Positions 1 through 10,152 of a DNA stretch of 64,000 nt are shown one piece after another. Position 1 is the stretch's first letter, and each line of letters opens with the position of its first letter. A model generated the notes under the pieces. It made no database searches, was not told where the DNA came from, and saw only the letters and a program-made list of their open reading frames with translations. A program made the position numbers and the translations under genes. Source of the DNA: an uncultured cyanobacterium (GTDB lineage Bacteria; Cyanobacteriota; Cyanobacteriia; PCC-9006; JAAUQQ01); contig OY970368.1 in NCBI GenBank assembly GCA_963718615.1, forward strand, positions 2,592,001-2,656,000, given 5' to 3'.

Positions 1-854
1 CGGGCAATGCGGTTGCGCTCCTGGAGGGTGGCCTGATCCTCGGCGAGAAGGGCATAACGGCGTAGTTGCTGGTTAACCTGGGTAAGGCGATCGCGACTTT
101 CCTGCTCCGCCAGCAAGGCTCCAACTAACAGCAACACAAATGCCAAGACCAAGCCAAACAACAGCGAGGTGTTGAGGGCAGCATTGAGCACCACCCCCTC
201 TAACCATTCCTGGGGAGGAAGTTGACGAGCAGAACCGTGGCGACCGGGCTGCATCGGTAAGCGATTGAGCGGGACCCCTAGGGGTTTGAGCTGCATCAGG
301 GATAGACCCTGCATCAGTACAAAGGAGCCAAAGGCGGTGAGGGCCACCAGCAAGCGATCGCGCCAGGGAAAGAACAAACAGCTGCGCATGACCACAATCA
401 ACAGCAGCGGCGGAAAAACACTGCTGCCTTTGCCCCCGAGCAAAATTGCCAGCCAACTCAGGCCAAACCCGGCGGCGGTGTGGAGCACATAGGGAAGGAA
501 AGGGGCCGCAGAACGACCTGTGGAGGTTGGAGAATAAACCTTAGATCGAGAAATCCTAGAAACGGCGGGAAAGAGGCGGTAGGGTCGGAGTAAACCCAGG
601 GCAAGGATACAGAGGAGGGCTCCGAGGGAAATCACGATGGGAAAGTCTAAGACCTCAAGGCGGATAAAACCCGGCGGCAAAGCGCGCAGGCGACCGGCGC
701 GCAGGGTGATCGGAAAAGGGGAGAGGGAGGCGATCGCCGCAATGCCCAGGAGAATCCATTCCAGATAGACCAAAATCCGGAGGGCGTTGTGGGGAGGGGA
801 AGCAGAGGCAGACATGGGCGGAAGGACGGGGTGGACGGGTGGGGTGGGCGTCAT
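1..854 (-). CDS. Membrane sensor histidine kinase, HisKA_3/DesK-NarX type; N-terminal part only, runs off window start
   Basis: Not in the ORF track. Manual translation from ATG 854 (overlaps the stop of the upstream gene, ATGA) gives MTPTPPVHP..., hydrophobic segments (RILVYLEWILLGIAAI, VFPPLLLIVVMRSCLFF) and ends QATLQERNRIAR, the motif preceding the HisKA_3 phospho-His. Confidence 0.85.
   Translation of the reverse strand, partial: MTPTPPVHPVLPPMSASASPPHNALRILVYLEWILLGIAAIASLSPFPITLRAGRLRALPPGFIRLEVLDFPIVISLGALLCILALGLLRPYRLFPAVSRISRSKVYSPTSTGRSAAPFLPYVLHTAAGFGLSWLAILLGGKGSSVFPPLLLIVVMRSCLFFPWRDRLLVALTAFGSFVLMQGLSLMQLKPLGVPLNRLPMQPGRHGSARQLPPQEWLEGVVLNAALNTSLLFGLVLAFVLLLVGALLAEQESRDRLTQVNQQLRRYALLAEDQATLQERNRIA
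87..94. repeat. HIP1 octamer GCGATCGC (one example; recurs many times across the window)
   Basis: Seen repeatedly in coding and noncoding DNA, usually as GGCGATCGCC. Confidence 0.95.
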
Positions 855-1468
855 TGCTGCCGAGTAATTTTTTCCTGGGCGATCGCCTTCCCGTTTTCTT
901 CAAGGCGAAACCCGCTGGATCCGACCTGATAGGTTCGAGTTCCGTCCTTCGCTTGGTAAAGGGGGGGAGTTTGGGCGATCGCCTGTGCAGGTAAGAAGAC
1001 CGAGTTGGCTTGGCCTTTTTTGGGGGTGCCGACGTAGGTTAGCGCGGCGTTTTCGGTGCGGCAGATATAAATTTTCTGTTTGGGGGTTTCAAAGTAGGCC
1101 GCCTGTCCCCCTTGACCACAAACGGTTTGGTCAATTTTTAAGTCCGGTTTTAAGTCCGGTGAAGCGGTAGGACTGGCAGCGACAGCGGTAGGAGAAGCGG
1201 CAGTGGCGGTCGTTTGGGCAGGTTTGGGCGAGTCTGGTTTTGCCGGAGCGGATTTTTCTGGAGTAGATTGCACCGCAGGTGTTGGGGAAGATGCGGTCGA
1301 GGGTGGTGTAGCCCTAGGTGTCACCGCCACATCCGAGGGATTAGGCTGGGTTGGGGTTGAACAACTGGCGATCGCCAGCAGTCCCAAACCGATCCCGAGG
1401 CGTTTTGCGAGCGAGAGGCTCAGGCGGTGAATTATTGGGCGATCGCTCAGCGTCAGTTGCCGTCCCAT
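851..1468 (-). CDS. Hypothetical lipoprotein with Pro/Thr/Ala-rich linker
   Basis: Signal peptide with lipobox-like LAIASC, low-complexity linker, small C-terminal domain (YFETPKQKIYICR). Confidence 0.7.
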   Translation of the reverse strand: MGRQLTLSDRPIIHRLSLSLAKRLGIGLGLLAIASCSTPTQPNPSDVAVTPRATPPSTASSPTPAVQSTPEKSAPAKPDSPKPAQTTATAASPTAVAASPTASPDLKPDLKIDQTVCGQGGQAAYFETPKQKIYICRTENAALTYVGTPKKGQANSVFLPAQAIAQTPPLYQAKDGTRTYQVGSSGFRLEENGKAIAQEKITRQQ

Positions 1469-1534
1469 CTAGCTCCCTCCCAAAATAGCGTTGGTGGCCA
1501 TCTTAGCGAGTTTTGGCAACGAATGAAGCAAGCT

Positions 1535-3748
1535 TCAGGAGGCCGTCGGTAAAGCCTGGCAGTCCAACTGCCAGTCCAACTGCCAGTCCAACGGTCGGTC
1601 TAAGAGCGCTGCGGCTTTTTCGCTATCCACCGGTTTTGAGAAATAGAACCCTTGACCTAGTTCGCACCCGAGCGATCGCAGCTGCAAAATCTCCTGGACC
1701 GACTCAATGCCCTCGGCCACGACTTTCATCCCTAAACTATGGGCCAGGGTGCAAATCGCCCGCACAATTTCAAAATTCTCTGAGTCTTGGGCCATGCGGC
1801 TGACAAACGCCCGATCGATTTTGAGCGTACTCACCGGGAAACGGTGGAGATAGCTGAGGGACGAATAGCCAGTACCAAAGTCATCGATGCTGAGCTGAAT
1901 GTGACGCGCCCGTAGGTAGGTCATGGTTTTGATCATGGCCTCGACATTTTCAACCAACATGCTCTCGGTCAGTTCGAGCTTGAGACAGCGACTATCGAGA
2001 CCGGTTTCCAGCAAAATGCGATCGATCACTTCAATCAAATCCGGCTCCTTAAGCTGATGCACGGCCAAGTTAACGCTGATGATCAGCGGCTTCTCCAGGG
2101 GGCGCTCCAAATTCCAGCAGCTGAGCTGACGACAGGATTCCCGCAACACCCATTCACCCAGGGGCACAATCAACCCTGTATCCTCCGCCACCGGGATAAA
2201 TTCATCGGGGGACACCAGGCCCCGTTGGGGATGCTGCCAGCGCACCAGCGCCTCAAAACCTGCCAAGTTCCCAGTTTGTAGACAGACAATGGGCTGATAG
2301 TGAAGCAAAAACTCTTCCCGACGCAGCGCCTGCCGCAAATCGTTTTCGACCTGCAACAGCTTCATGGTTTCCGCGTGCATATTCTGGTCAAAAATTGCGT
2401 AGCGGCTGCGACCTGCGCCCTTGGCGCGATACATGGCAATATCCGCATCCCGCAGTAGTTCTGTGCCGCTGGGATATTGGGGGGTGCCCAGGACGATGCC
2501 GATGCTGGCGCTGGTGAATAGATGACGATCGCCCAACCGCAGCGGACGGGTCAACCGGGCCAAGACCCGCTCGGCAATATGGATCGCATCTTCAATCCCC
2601 TGAATACCATCCAGCAAAATCGTAAATTCATCACCCCCAAGCCGTGCCACCGTATCTGTGCCCCGCAGACAATGCTGGATTTCTGAGGCGATCGCCACCA
2701 AAAACTGATCGCCACTGGCATGGCCCAAACTATCATTCACCAGCTTAAATCGGTCCAAATCAATAAACAGCACCGCAAACTGATAATTCGGCTCCTGGCT
2801 GGCGCGCTTCAGCAAGCGCTCAATCCGCTGCATCAACCGAGTCCGATTGGGCAACCCCGTCAGCCCATCATGGAGGGCATCATAGGCCAGTTGTTCCTCC
2901 GCCCGCCGTCGCTCGGTAATGTCATAGATGATGCCATCGAGGCGGCAAACTTGCCCCTGCTCATCCTTAATGACTCGGGCGCGATCGCTCAACCAACGAA
3001 CTTCCCCATCCGGTCGCAGAATCCGATATTCGGCGCTCAGATGTCCCTGGGCCAGCAGCATGGGAAAAAATTGCGATCGCTGGGGCCGGTCCTCAGGATG
3101 AATCACCCCGGTCAGCCACAGCTCCGGATTTTCCCAGAACGCCTGAATAGACCGGCCATAAACCTGTTCTGCCGCAGGGTTGAGATAGGACAGTTCTAGC
3201 GTTTCAGGGGAAGCGGACCAAATTACATCCTCCAGGGAATTGAGAATACTTTCGAGTTTGGCCTCACTTTCGCGTAGCTTGGTCTCCGCTTGCCGTCGTT
3301 CTCCAATTTCTCGTTGTAGAGCCGCATTTTGCTCACGCAATAAGCAATCACGCTCATAGCTGCGCAAGGCTTCCCGCACCGTCAGTTCCAAGTCCGCCTG
3401 GTCCCAAGGCTTCGCAATATATCGATACAAATTAGCGCTGTTGACCGCTCGTACAACGTCATCTAACGCCGCAATTCCAGTCAGCAAAATCTTTAGGGTT
3501 TGGGGATATTGTTGATGGATTTGGGTGAGGAGCTCAACCCCCCGAATGTCGGGCATCATCTGATCACAAATAATCAGCGGCACACAAACCCCTTCAGCAG
3601 CTAATTCTTCTAGCAGCAATAGTGCCTCTTCACCGCTTTCAGCCAGTTCAATGCCGTAATCGCTCTCTAAACTCCAGCCTAACTGATCTCGTAGACTCAG
3701 CAATACTGTCCGTTCATCATCAATACAGACAATTGCACCTTTTCGCAT
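1535..3748 (-). CDS. REC-PAS-GGDEF-EAL c-di-GMP cyclase/phosphodiesterase response regulator
   Basis: N-terminal receiver (CIDDE, DQMMP, KPW), PAS (IHPED), ARLGGDEF, FEALVRW, DDFGTGYSS. Confidence 0.95.
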   Translation of the reverse strand: MRKGAIVCIDDERTVLLSLRDQLGWSLESDYGIELAESGEEALLLLEELAAEGVCVPLIICDQMMPDIRGVELLTQIHQQYPQTLKILLTGIAALDDVVRAVNSANLYRYIAKPWDQADLELTVREALRSYERDCLLREQNAALQREIGERRQAETKLRESEAKLESILNSLEDVIWSASPETLELSYLNPAAEQVYGRSIQAFWENPELWLTGVIHPEDRPQRSQFFPMLLAQGHLSAEYRILRPDGEVRWLSDRARVIKDEQGQVCRLDGIIYDITERRRAEEQLAYDALHDGLTGLPNRTRLMQRIERLLKRASQEPNYQFAVLFIDLDRFKLVNDSLGHASGDQFLVAIASEIQHCLRGTDTVARLGGDEFTILLDGIQGIEDAIHIAERVLARLTRPLRLGDRHLFTSASIGIVLGTPQYPSGTELLRDADIAMYRAKGAGRSRYAIFDQNMHAETMKLLQVENDLRQALRREEFLLHYQPIVCLQTGNLAGFEALVRWQHPQRGLVSPDEFIPVAEDTGLIVPLGEWVLRESCRQLSCWNLERPLEKPLIISVNLAVHQLKEPDLIEVIDRILLETGLDSRCLKLELTESMLVENVEAMIKTMTYLRARHIQLSIDDFGTGYSSLSYLHRFPVSTLKIDRAFVSRMAQDSENFEIVRAICTLAHSLGMKVVAEGIESVQEILQLRSLGCELGQGFYFSKPVDSEKAAALLDRPLDWQLDWQLDCQALPTAS

Positions 3749-3825
3749 GGGGTCTCTCCAGCCCTATTTTAGAAAGAATAAGCGGACTCGAAGTATTTTC
3801 GTCATGATTGCGCCATCATGCGTTG

Positions 3826-4947
3826 CTAACACGTCGTCCAGGGTAGAAAGACTCTAAACTGAGTTTGCCCTGGCTGACTCTCAACATTGATCATGCCATC
3901 ATGTTTGGCAATAATTTTAGCGACAATCGCTAGCCCCAATCCGCAGCCTTCTCCCATAGGTTTGGTCGTAAAAAAAGGTTCAAAGATTTTCTTTTGATTT
4001 TCGATAGAAATCCCCGTTCCAGAATCGGAAATGGTGATCCTTAAACCTTCTGGTTGATTTTCGATTTTCAGTGCAAGCTGTCCTTGACCATTCATGGCAT
4101 AAATCGCATTTCCGATCAAATTAGACCAGACCTGGAGTAATTCTTCGGGGTAGCACCAGAGGGATGGAACCGTTTCATAGTCTCGTTTAACCTCAATTCC
4201 ATGCTTAATGTGGTTGTGATAAAGCACCAAGACTGTCTCTAAGCCCTCGGCAATTTGGGTCTCAATTTTCTCGGTCGAATTGCCCTGACGACTGTAGTGC
4301 TTTAGGGCCGCAACAATGCTACCGGCCCGTTTAGCGGCAATTTGAATATTGCGACTATTGCTGCGTAATGCGGCCAAGTTATAGACCATTTCTAACGCAT
4401 CTTTGGCATGGGGACTCCGCAACAGCAACAATACAGAGGCCATCTCAGGATGGTCCAAATCCAACCGAATACCCATTTGACTCAGGAGAGAGGCAAAATC
4501 TTCCGTCGTCTCAATCCCCGCCACCGTGAGCTGTTGTTGAATGTGCCGCCGGAGCGATCGCTCCTCCCGCGAAGAGGCCGGTTCCTCCACCGCTTGGCTC
4601 CAAGCCAGCAGCGTCTGAAAGGCTTGGCGCTGGGCCGGTGGAAGCTGGAGCAAAATCTCAGGGAGTTGTACGAGCGATTTCTGTAGAGACTGATGCACAT
4701 TCCAAATCGCGGCCTGGATCGCGCCGAGGGGCGTGTTGATCTCGTGGGCAACGCCTGCTAGTAATTCTCCCAAAGAGGCCATTTTTTCGAGCTGAAGCAA
4801 GCGCTCCTGGATGGTTGCTAGTTCGGCCTTGAGCGTGACCCCCTCAGCGGCTAAGGCATGGTTTTGAGCCAAAAGCTGCTGCTCTCGCTCGGTCGCACCG
4901 ACCCAGCCCGGCTCTGCATTAAGGAGTGAGAATGACGGAGTGGTCAT
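3826..4947 (-). CDS. Cytoplasmic histidine kinase (HisKA + HATPase_c) with no obvious sensor domain
   Basis: EKMASLGELLAGVAHEINTPLG H-box, NLIGNAI N-box, DSGTG, FFTTK, GxGLGL. ATG 4947 preferred over TTG 4974. Confidence 0.9.
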   Translation of the reverse strand: MTTPSFSLLNAEPGWVGATEREQQLLAQNHALAAEGVTLKAELATIQERLLQLEKMASLGELLAGVAHEINTPLGAIQAAIWNVHQSLQKSLVQLPEILLQLPPAQRQAFQTLLAWSQAVEEPASSREERSLRRHIQQQLTVAGIETTEDFASLLSQMGIRLDLDHPEMASVLLLLRSPHAKDALEMVYNLAALRSNSRNIQIAAKRAGSIVAALKHYSRQGNSTEKIETQIAEGLETVLVLYHNHIKHGIEVKRDYETVPSLWCYPEELLQVWSNLIGNAIYAMNGQGQLALKIENQPEGLRITISDSGTGISIENQKKIFEPFFTTKPMGEGCGLGLAIVAKIIAKHDGMINVESQPGQTQFRVFLPWTTC

Positions 4948-5150
4948 GGCGTTTGTAATGACTGCATGTCCCAAGGGCGCTATTGTTATGGTTCCCAGAA
5001 CTAGGCTTGGATCTAGGAAGATGCTATGGGATTTCCCCCGCTCCCATACTCACCCGGCCCTTCCAGACTCACACCCTCAGTAGGGGGACTAACCTTGTAC
5101 AAAAGCAAAGTCTACAAGCTATAAAGGTTGAGTCATTTCCCAGATTGGCC

Positions 5151-6899
5151 ATGAACCTGCCCCTTGCGATCGACATTGCCATTGGTTTGATCTTTATCTA
5201 TCTGACGTTTAGCTTGATGGCGTCGGAAATTCAGGAGTTGATTTCAACCCTCCTCCAATGGCGAGCGGTCCATCTCAAGGAATCCATTGAGGGATTTTTA
5301 AGCGGAAACCGCACGAAGCAACTGCCGGAAGCGCATCTCATTGCCAACCTGCTCTACGAGCATCCGGCGATTCAAGTCCTCAACCATGAGGCCAAGGGGA
5401 TATTGGCCCGCTTGCCGCGCTTGCTCACCCGATTTATTCCCACGACGGTCTTTGGCAACCGCACGACTGGACCGTCCTATATTGCCTCTGAAACCTTTGC
5501 CCAGAGCCTGATTGAAACCCTGGGCCTCGACGATCTGGTGCAAAAGATCACGGCCCATCGACTCAATGCCCAGTTTCAACAGCTGCTGAATCCGCTGGAG
5601 TATGCCCAAGTCGAGGGAAAACTCAAATCCAGCCTACGGGCCTACCAAGCGGGACGTATGACGCTGGATGCGGTCATTCAACAGGTAGGCGAGGAATTTC
5701 AAAATCGCAACACAGAGCTGTTTCAAACCTATTTTGCGGATTTTACCCAGCGTCAATATTTAGCGAACCAGATTAGTCTATTTTTTTCCGATATTTTAGA
5801 AGCTAGCTATTTGTATGCGACCCTGAGCTGGCGGGCAAAACTCTGTCGGCGCACGCTCAAACTCGTCGAACGAAGCAAAACCCCCAGCGCAGAAACCCTG
5901 GCCCAAATCGAGACCTGGAAAGATATTCCAGAATCTCTGCGACGGACGCTGCGAGTAGTGGCAACGGCTTGGATGCAGAAGCAACAGGAGGTGAATATTC
6001 AGGCGATCGCCCAGCTACCTCCCGCCACCCGCAGTAAACTCGGGTTGACGGAACGGGACCTGGAAACCATTCCCCAGGCGGAGTTATTTTACAAAAGCTT
6101 TTTTGTCTATGAACAGGCGAAGAATGCGATCGAAGGCCGCAAAAGCCTAGCGGAGGTGGAGCAGGAACTTCAGCAGTTGCGAGACCATCATGAGCTACCA
6201 GGATTTTTCGACAATACGCTGGATCAAACCCTAGGCATCCTAGCAGTTATTCTCAACAATCCAGAGATCAAGGCACTCGTGGACCAAATTCCCCTAAGTA
6301 CGCTCGAAAGTCTCCAGACCCCGGCTCGTCAACTTCAGCTCAAAATTGATAATGTCGGTGAGGGGTTGCATCAGTTTCAGTTGGAAGTAGCCAATGGATT
6401 TGATCGCTCCATGGAACGGGCGGCGGGGGTGTATAAACGTAATGCCCGTGGTGTAGCGTTTTGCATTGGCTTTTGCATTGCAATGGTGGTCAATGCCGAT
6501 ACATTTTATATGGTGAATCAGCTTTCCCAGGAAGAGGCGCTGCGGGCTAGTGTCGTAGGTATTGTGGAGCGGCTACCGTCGGAGCGGCTGTTTGACGCCA
6601 GTGGAGATGCTAACCCAGAGACATTTTCGCGGTTGAGCAAAGATATTTATCCAACGCTGCCGATTGGTTGGGGCGATCGCAATCTCAAGCAACAATCCCG
6701 CGCCGACGGCAGCCGTGCCCCCTTCAACGCCATTCCAAGCATTACACCGCTGTTTATTTTGCGACGACTGGCGGGTTGGCTAATCACGGGTCTCGCGATT
6801 TCCATGGGGGCTGCGTTTTGGTATGACCTGCTCAGTAAGTTTATGAATATTCGCAATATTGGGAAGAAACCACCAGAGGGATCCTCGCGGCGGGTGTGA
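5151..6899 (+). CDS. Hypothetical membrane protein
   Basis: Long ORF; N-terminal TM (DIAIGLIFIYLTFSL), ERAAGVYKRNARG plus TM, and C-terminal GWLITGLAISMGAAFWYDLL. ATG 5151 is the likely start. Confidence 0.75.
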   Translation: MNLPLAIDIAIGLIFIYLTFSLMASEIQELISTLLQWRAVHLKESIEGFLSGNRTKQLPEAHLIANLLYEHPAIQVLNHEAKGILARLPRLLTRFIPTTVFGNRTTGPSYIASETFAQSLIETLGLDDLVQKITAHRLNAQFQQLLNPLEYAQVEGKLKSSLRAYQAGRMTLDAVIQQVGEEFQNRNTELFQTYFADFTQRQYLANQISLFFSDILEASYLYATLSWRAKLCRRTLKLVERSKTPSAETLAQIETWKDIPESLRRTLRVVATAWMQKQQEVNIQAIAQLPPATRSKLGLTERDLETIPQAELFYKSFFVYEQAKNAIEGRKSLAEVEQELQQLRDHHELPGFFDNTLDQTLGILAVILNNPEIKALVDQIPLSTLESLQTPARQLQLKIDNVGEGLHQFQLEVANGFDRSMERAAGVYKRNARGVAFCIGFCIAMVVNADTFYMVNQLSQEEALRASVVGIVERLPSERLFDASGDANPETFSRLSKDIYPTLPIGWGDRNLKQQSRADGSRAPFNAIPSITPLFILRRLAGWLITGLAISMGAAFWYDLLSKFMNIRNIGKKPPEGSSRRV

Positions 6900-6970
6900 T
6901 CAAGGCGGCGGGTGTTCGCCATGGCCCACTAAAATGCATGAATAGACCCGCCGACCCGGCCCCCTAAACT

Positions 6971-7657
6971 ATGCCTCGCAACGTTGCCGATATTGATCTC
7001 CCTAGCTACATCGACCACGCCCTCCTCGACCCCGCTGCCACCGAAGACCAAGTGGTCCAAGCCTGCGGGGAAGCCGATCGCTATCGCTTTGCAGCGGTTT
7101 GTGTTTACCCCGTGCATGTGCGCCAAGCCGCCAATCTTCTCCACGGAAAATCTCCCAAGGTCGCCACCGTCATTGGCTTTCCCACAGGGGCAACCACCTC
7201 CGCCGTCAAACTCTACGAAGCCCAGGAAGCCGTCGAAAATGGGGCACAGGAATTGGATGTGGTGATTAATCTGGGCTGGCTGAAGCAGGGGAAGAGTGAT
7301 GCGGTGCATCGGGAGATCGCGGAAATTTGTGAAATGTGCGATCGCCCCGTCAAAGCCATCCTCGAAATGACCCGCCTCACCCCCGACGAAAAAAAATTAG
7401 CAGTTGATCTTTGTCTCGACGCTGGAGTGGCCTTTCTCAAAACCAGCACCGGCTGGGCCGGGGGGGCAACCGTCGCCGATGTTCGGTTCCTCCAGGAGAT
7501 GACGCGCGGTAACATTGGAATCAAGGCCTCCGGCGGCATCCGCACCGTCGACCAGGCAATCGAGCTGATCCTGGCAGGAGCCACCCGGATCGGCACCTCC
7601 CGAGGGCCAGCGTTGATTCAGCAATTGCACGAGCCTTCGAGCAACAGCCCCTCCTAA
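6971..7657 (+). CDS. deoC: Deoxyribose-phosphate aldolase
   Basis: [33 protein letters not shown] motifs. Confidence 0.97.
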   Translation: MPRNVADIDLPSYIDHALLDPAATEDQVVQACGEADRYRFAAVCVYPVHVRQAANLLHGKSPKVATVIGFPTGATTSAVKLYEAQEAVENGAQELDVVINLGWLKQGKSDAVHREIAEICEMCDRPVKAILEMTRLTPDEKKLAVDLCLDAGVAFLKTSTGWAGGATVADVRFLQEMTRGNIGIKASGGIRTVDQAIELILAGATRIGTSRGPALIQQLHEPSSNSPS

Positions 7658-7706
7658 AAGATTTACCTAGGATCTACATTTAGGATCTACTTAAAGGTCG
7701 ATTTCC

Positions 7707-8567
7707 TTGAGTCAAACCTATACCGTTAAAGGGATTAACCTCAAAGCCGTTCCCCTGGGAGAGACCGATCGCCTGCTGACGATTTTGACCCCCGAGGCTG
7801 GGATCATTCGGGCGATCGCCCCCGGAGCCCGCAAACACAACTCTCGCCTCGCAGGACGCAGCAGCCTCTTCGTCATTAACGAACTCCTGGTATCATCAGG
7901 AAAAAGTCTCGATCGCATCGTCCAAGCTGATACCCTCTATTCCTTTCCGGGTCTATCCAAAGATCTGGGCAAGCTGACTGCCGGACAATACCTTGCAGAA
8001 ATCGTTCTCTACCAAGCCGTTAGTCACCAGTCCCAGGACTCCCTCTTTCGTCTTTTGCAAGAACATCTAGAACGGATTGAAGCCACCGAGCCAGACCAAG
8101 TTTTAGCACGACTCGTCCAAGCGACCTTCCATTTACTCGCCCTGGCAGGTCTAGCGCCCCAGGTTTATCGTTGTTGTCGTACCCAAATCGACATCCAGCC
8201 CCCCTTAGTTAACCCCCGATGGAGAATCGGTTTTAGTGCTGCTTTTGGCGGATTGCTGTTCCCTGGGGAAGAACATCGTAAAACCCTCGTGCGGTTAAAC
8301 AGCTTGGAAGTCGCCGTATTACAACGACTCGCCGAAGCTGAACTCCCAGATCTCGGCAATCTCCTAGAAAAGGCTACGCTTTTCCCCCAATGTCCCCCTA
8401 CCCCCCCGATAGAATCAGACACCCCGCTCTCCTATCCACCCCCTTGGTTGGCTCTAGAACGCGCCCTCAGGGGCTATGTCGAGTATCATTTCGATCGGAC
8501 GATTCGCTCAGCCACGCTCATTGATAGCTATTTTTCCTCGCAGACGCCCGCTGTATCCTTTCCATGA
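7707..8567 (+). CDS. recO: DNA repair protein RecO
   Basis: GETDRLLTILT, AIAPGARK OB-fold start; TTG start; lies directly after deoC. Confidence 0.93.
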   Translation: MSQTYTVKGINLKAVPLGETDRLLTILTPEAGIIRAIAPGARKHNSRLAGRSSLFVINELLVSSGKSLDRIVQADTLYSFPGLSKDLGKLTAGQYLAEIVLYQAVSHQSQDSLFRLLQEHLERIEATEPDQVLARLVQATFHLLALAGLAPQVYRCCRTQIDIQPPLVNPRWRIGFSAAFGGLLFPGEEHRKTLVRLNSLEVAVLQRLAEAELPDLGNLLEKATLFPQCPPTPPIESDTPLSYPPPWLALERALRGYVEYHFDRTIRSATLIDSYFSSQTPAVSFP

Positions 8568-10045
8568 CCGAACAGTTCGATTCACAACTGGATGGCGCTG
8601 AGTTGAATAGCGCTAAATCTTCCCGCCCTCCGCAAGAAACATGGGAGCAGCAGGCGGGCGACTTTCGCATCTCTCCTCAAGGCAGCCATCCACTCGGTAG
8701 CGGTGAGGTCATGCCAACAGGAGCTCATTCTCCCGAGGAAACAGCCAACGCGCCAAAGGTCGACTCAGGCTTTTTGCCGGTTCTCAAGAATTTTAATTTT
8801 TTGACCCTATGGAGTGGCCAAGTCTTCTCCCAATTGGCCGACAAGGTGTATCTGGTCCTGATGATTGCGTTGATTAGCAGTCGCTTTCAAGCAGAAGGAC
8901 AAAGCATCAGCGGCTGGGTCTCGGCCATTATGATCGCCTTTACCTTGCCTGCCATTTTCTTTGGCTCTGTGGCGGGCATTCTGGTGGGTCGCACGGCAAA
9001 GCAGCCGGTGCTCGTGCTGACCAATATTCTGCGGGGAGCCCTGGTTCTGAGTATTCCGTTTCTGCTGGGCTGGGTGGGCAATGCCCCAGGCTGGGGCGGT
9101 TTGCCCTTGGGATTTGACCTGCTCTTGGGGGTCACTTTTTTGGTTTCCACGCTGACGCAGTTTTTTGCTCCCGCCGAACAGGCGATTTTGCCCCTTGTGG
9201 TCGAAAAACGTGATTTGTTGTCCGCCAATTCCCTGTATACCACCACCATGATGGCGGCAAGCGTCGTGGGGTTTGCCATTGGGGAACGTGTACTGGACTG
9301 GGCTGACCATTGGGTGCAGTCACTGCTGGGCCTTGCCAGCGGTAAGCCCCTGGCGGTGGGCGTCAGTTATCTCCTAGCAGCGGGGCTAATTTTACTGATG
9401 CGTGTCCATGAGCCCGATCACATGACCGCCTCGGAAACCCATATTTGGCAAGATATCCAAGACGGGTTGGATTTTCTCAAAAAACATCGACAGGTGCGGG
9501 GGGCCTTGATTCGCCTAGTCGTGCTCTTTTCTGTGTTTGCGGCCTTGGCGGTGTTGGCTGTGCGGCTTGCCCAGGTAATCCCTGCCCTTGAAACGGATCA
9601 ATTTGGCTGGCTGTTGTCAGTGGGGAGCTTGGGTCTTGGCGTTGGGGCCATTGTGGTTGGACAGTTTGGTGAACGTCAGTCGCGGGCCAAACTGGGCATC
9701 GTAGGCACCCTAGGCATGGCTGCTTGTTTGGTGGTGTTGGCTTTGTTTGAGACTCATTTGGGTTGGGCGATCGCCAGCATCACCCTCTTCGGCTTTTTTG
9801 CTGCACTGCTTGGAATCCCAGCTCAAACGACCATTCAAGAAAAGACCCCACCTCAAATGCGGGGCAAGATCTTTGGGCTGCAAAATAATGCCGTTAATAT
9901 CGCCTTGAGCCTCCCCCTAGCCCTAGCAGGAATCGCAGAACAGTTCCTGGGTTTACGAATTACGTTTCTTGCCCTGGCCGTGTTTATCGTCATCGGCAAT
10001 CTTTCCACCTGGTACTTCAATTTCCCCCGGCGATCCCCATCCTAA
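8564..10045 (+). CDS. Major facilitator superfamily transporter
   Basis: LWSGQVFSQLADK, about 12 hydrophobic segments, TQFFAPAEQA. Confidence 0.9.
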   Translation: MTEQFDSQLDGAELNSAKSSRPPQETWEQQAGDFRISPQGSHPLGSGEVMPTGAHSPEETANAPKVDSGFLPVLKNFNFLTLWSGQVFSQLADKVYLVLMIALISSRFQAEGQSISGWVSAIMIAFTLPAIFFGSVAGILVGRTAKQPVLVLTNILRGALVLSIPFLLGWVGNAPGWGGLPLGFDLLLGVTFLVSTLTQFFAPAEQAILPLVVEKRDLLSANSLYTTTMMAASVVGFAIGERVLDWADHWVQSLLGLASGKPLAVGVSYLLAAGLILLMRVHEPDHMTASETHIWQDIQDGLDFLKKHRQVRGALIRLVVLFSVFAALAVLAVRLAQVIPALETDQFGWLLSVGSLGLGVGAIVVGQFGERQSRAKLGIVGTLGMAACLVVLALFETHLGWAIASITLFGFFAALLGIPAQTTIQEKTPPQMRGKIFGLQNNAVNIALSLPLALAGIAEQFLGLRITFLALAVFIVIGNLSTWYFNFPRRSPS

Positions 10046-10152
10046 AACGTCCTCAATCTTTAGGGAGAAACTGGGATCCGAAAGCAGACAGGGGGAAAGA
10101 GAACGCGGTATATTGCAGAGGTTTAAGGCTTATCAAGACGCCGTTACAAAAC

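Noticed and set aside
73-903. Short ORFs 73-456, 265-492 and 655-903
   Set aside because: Out-of-frame or antisense overlaps of the kinase at 1-854.
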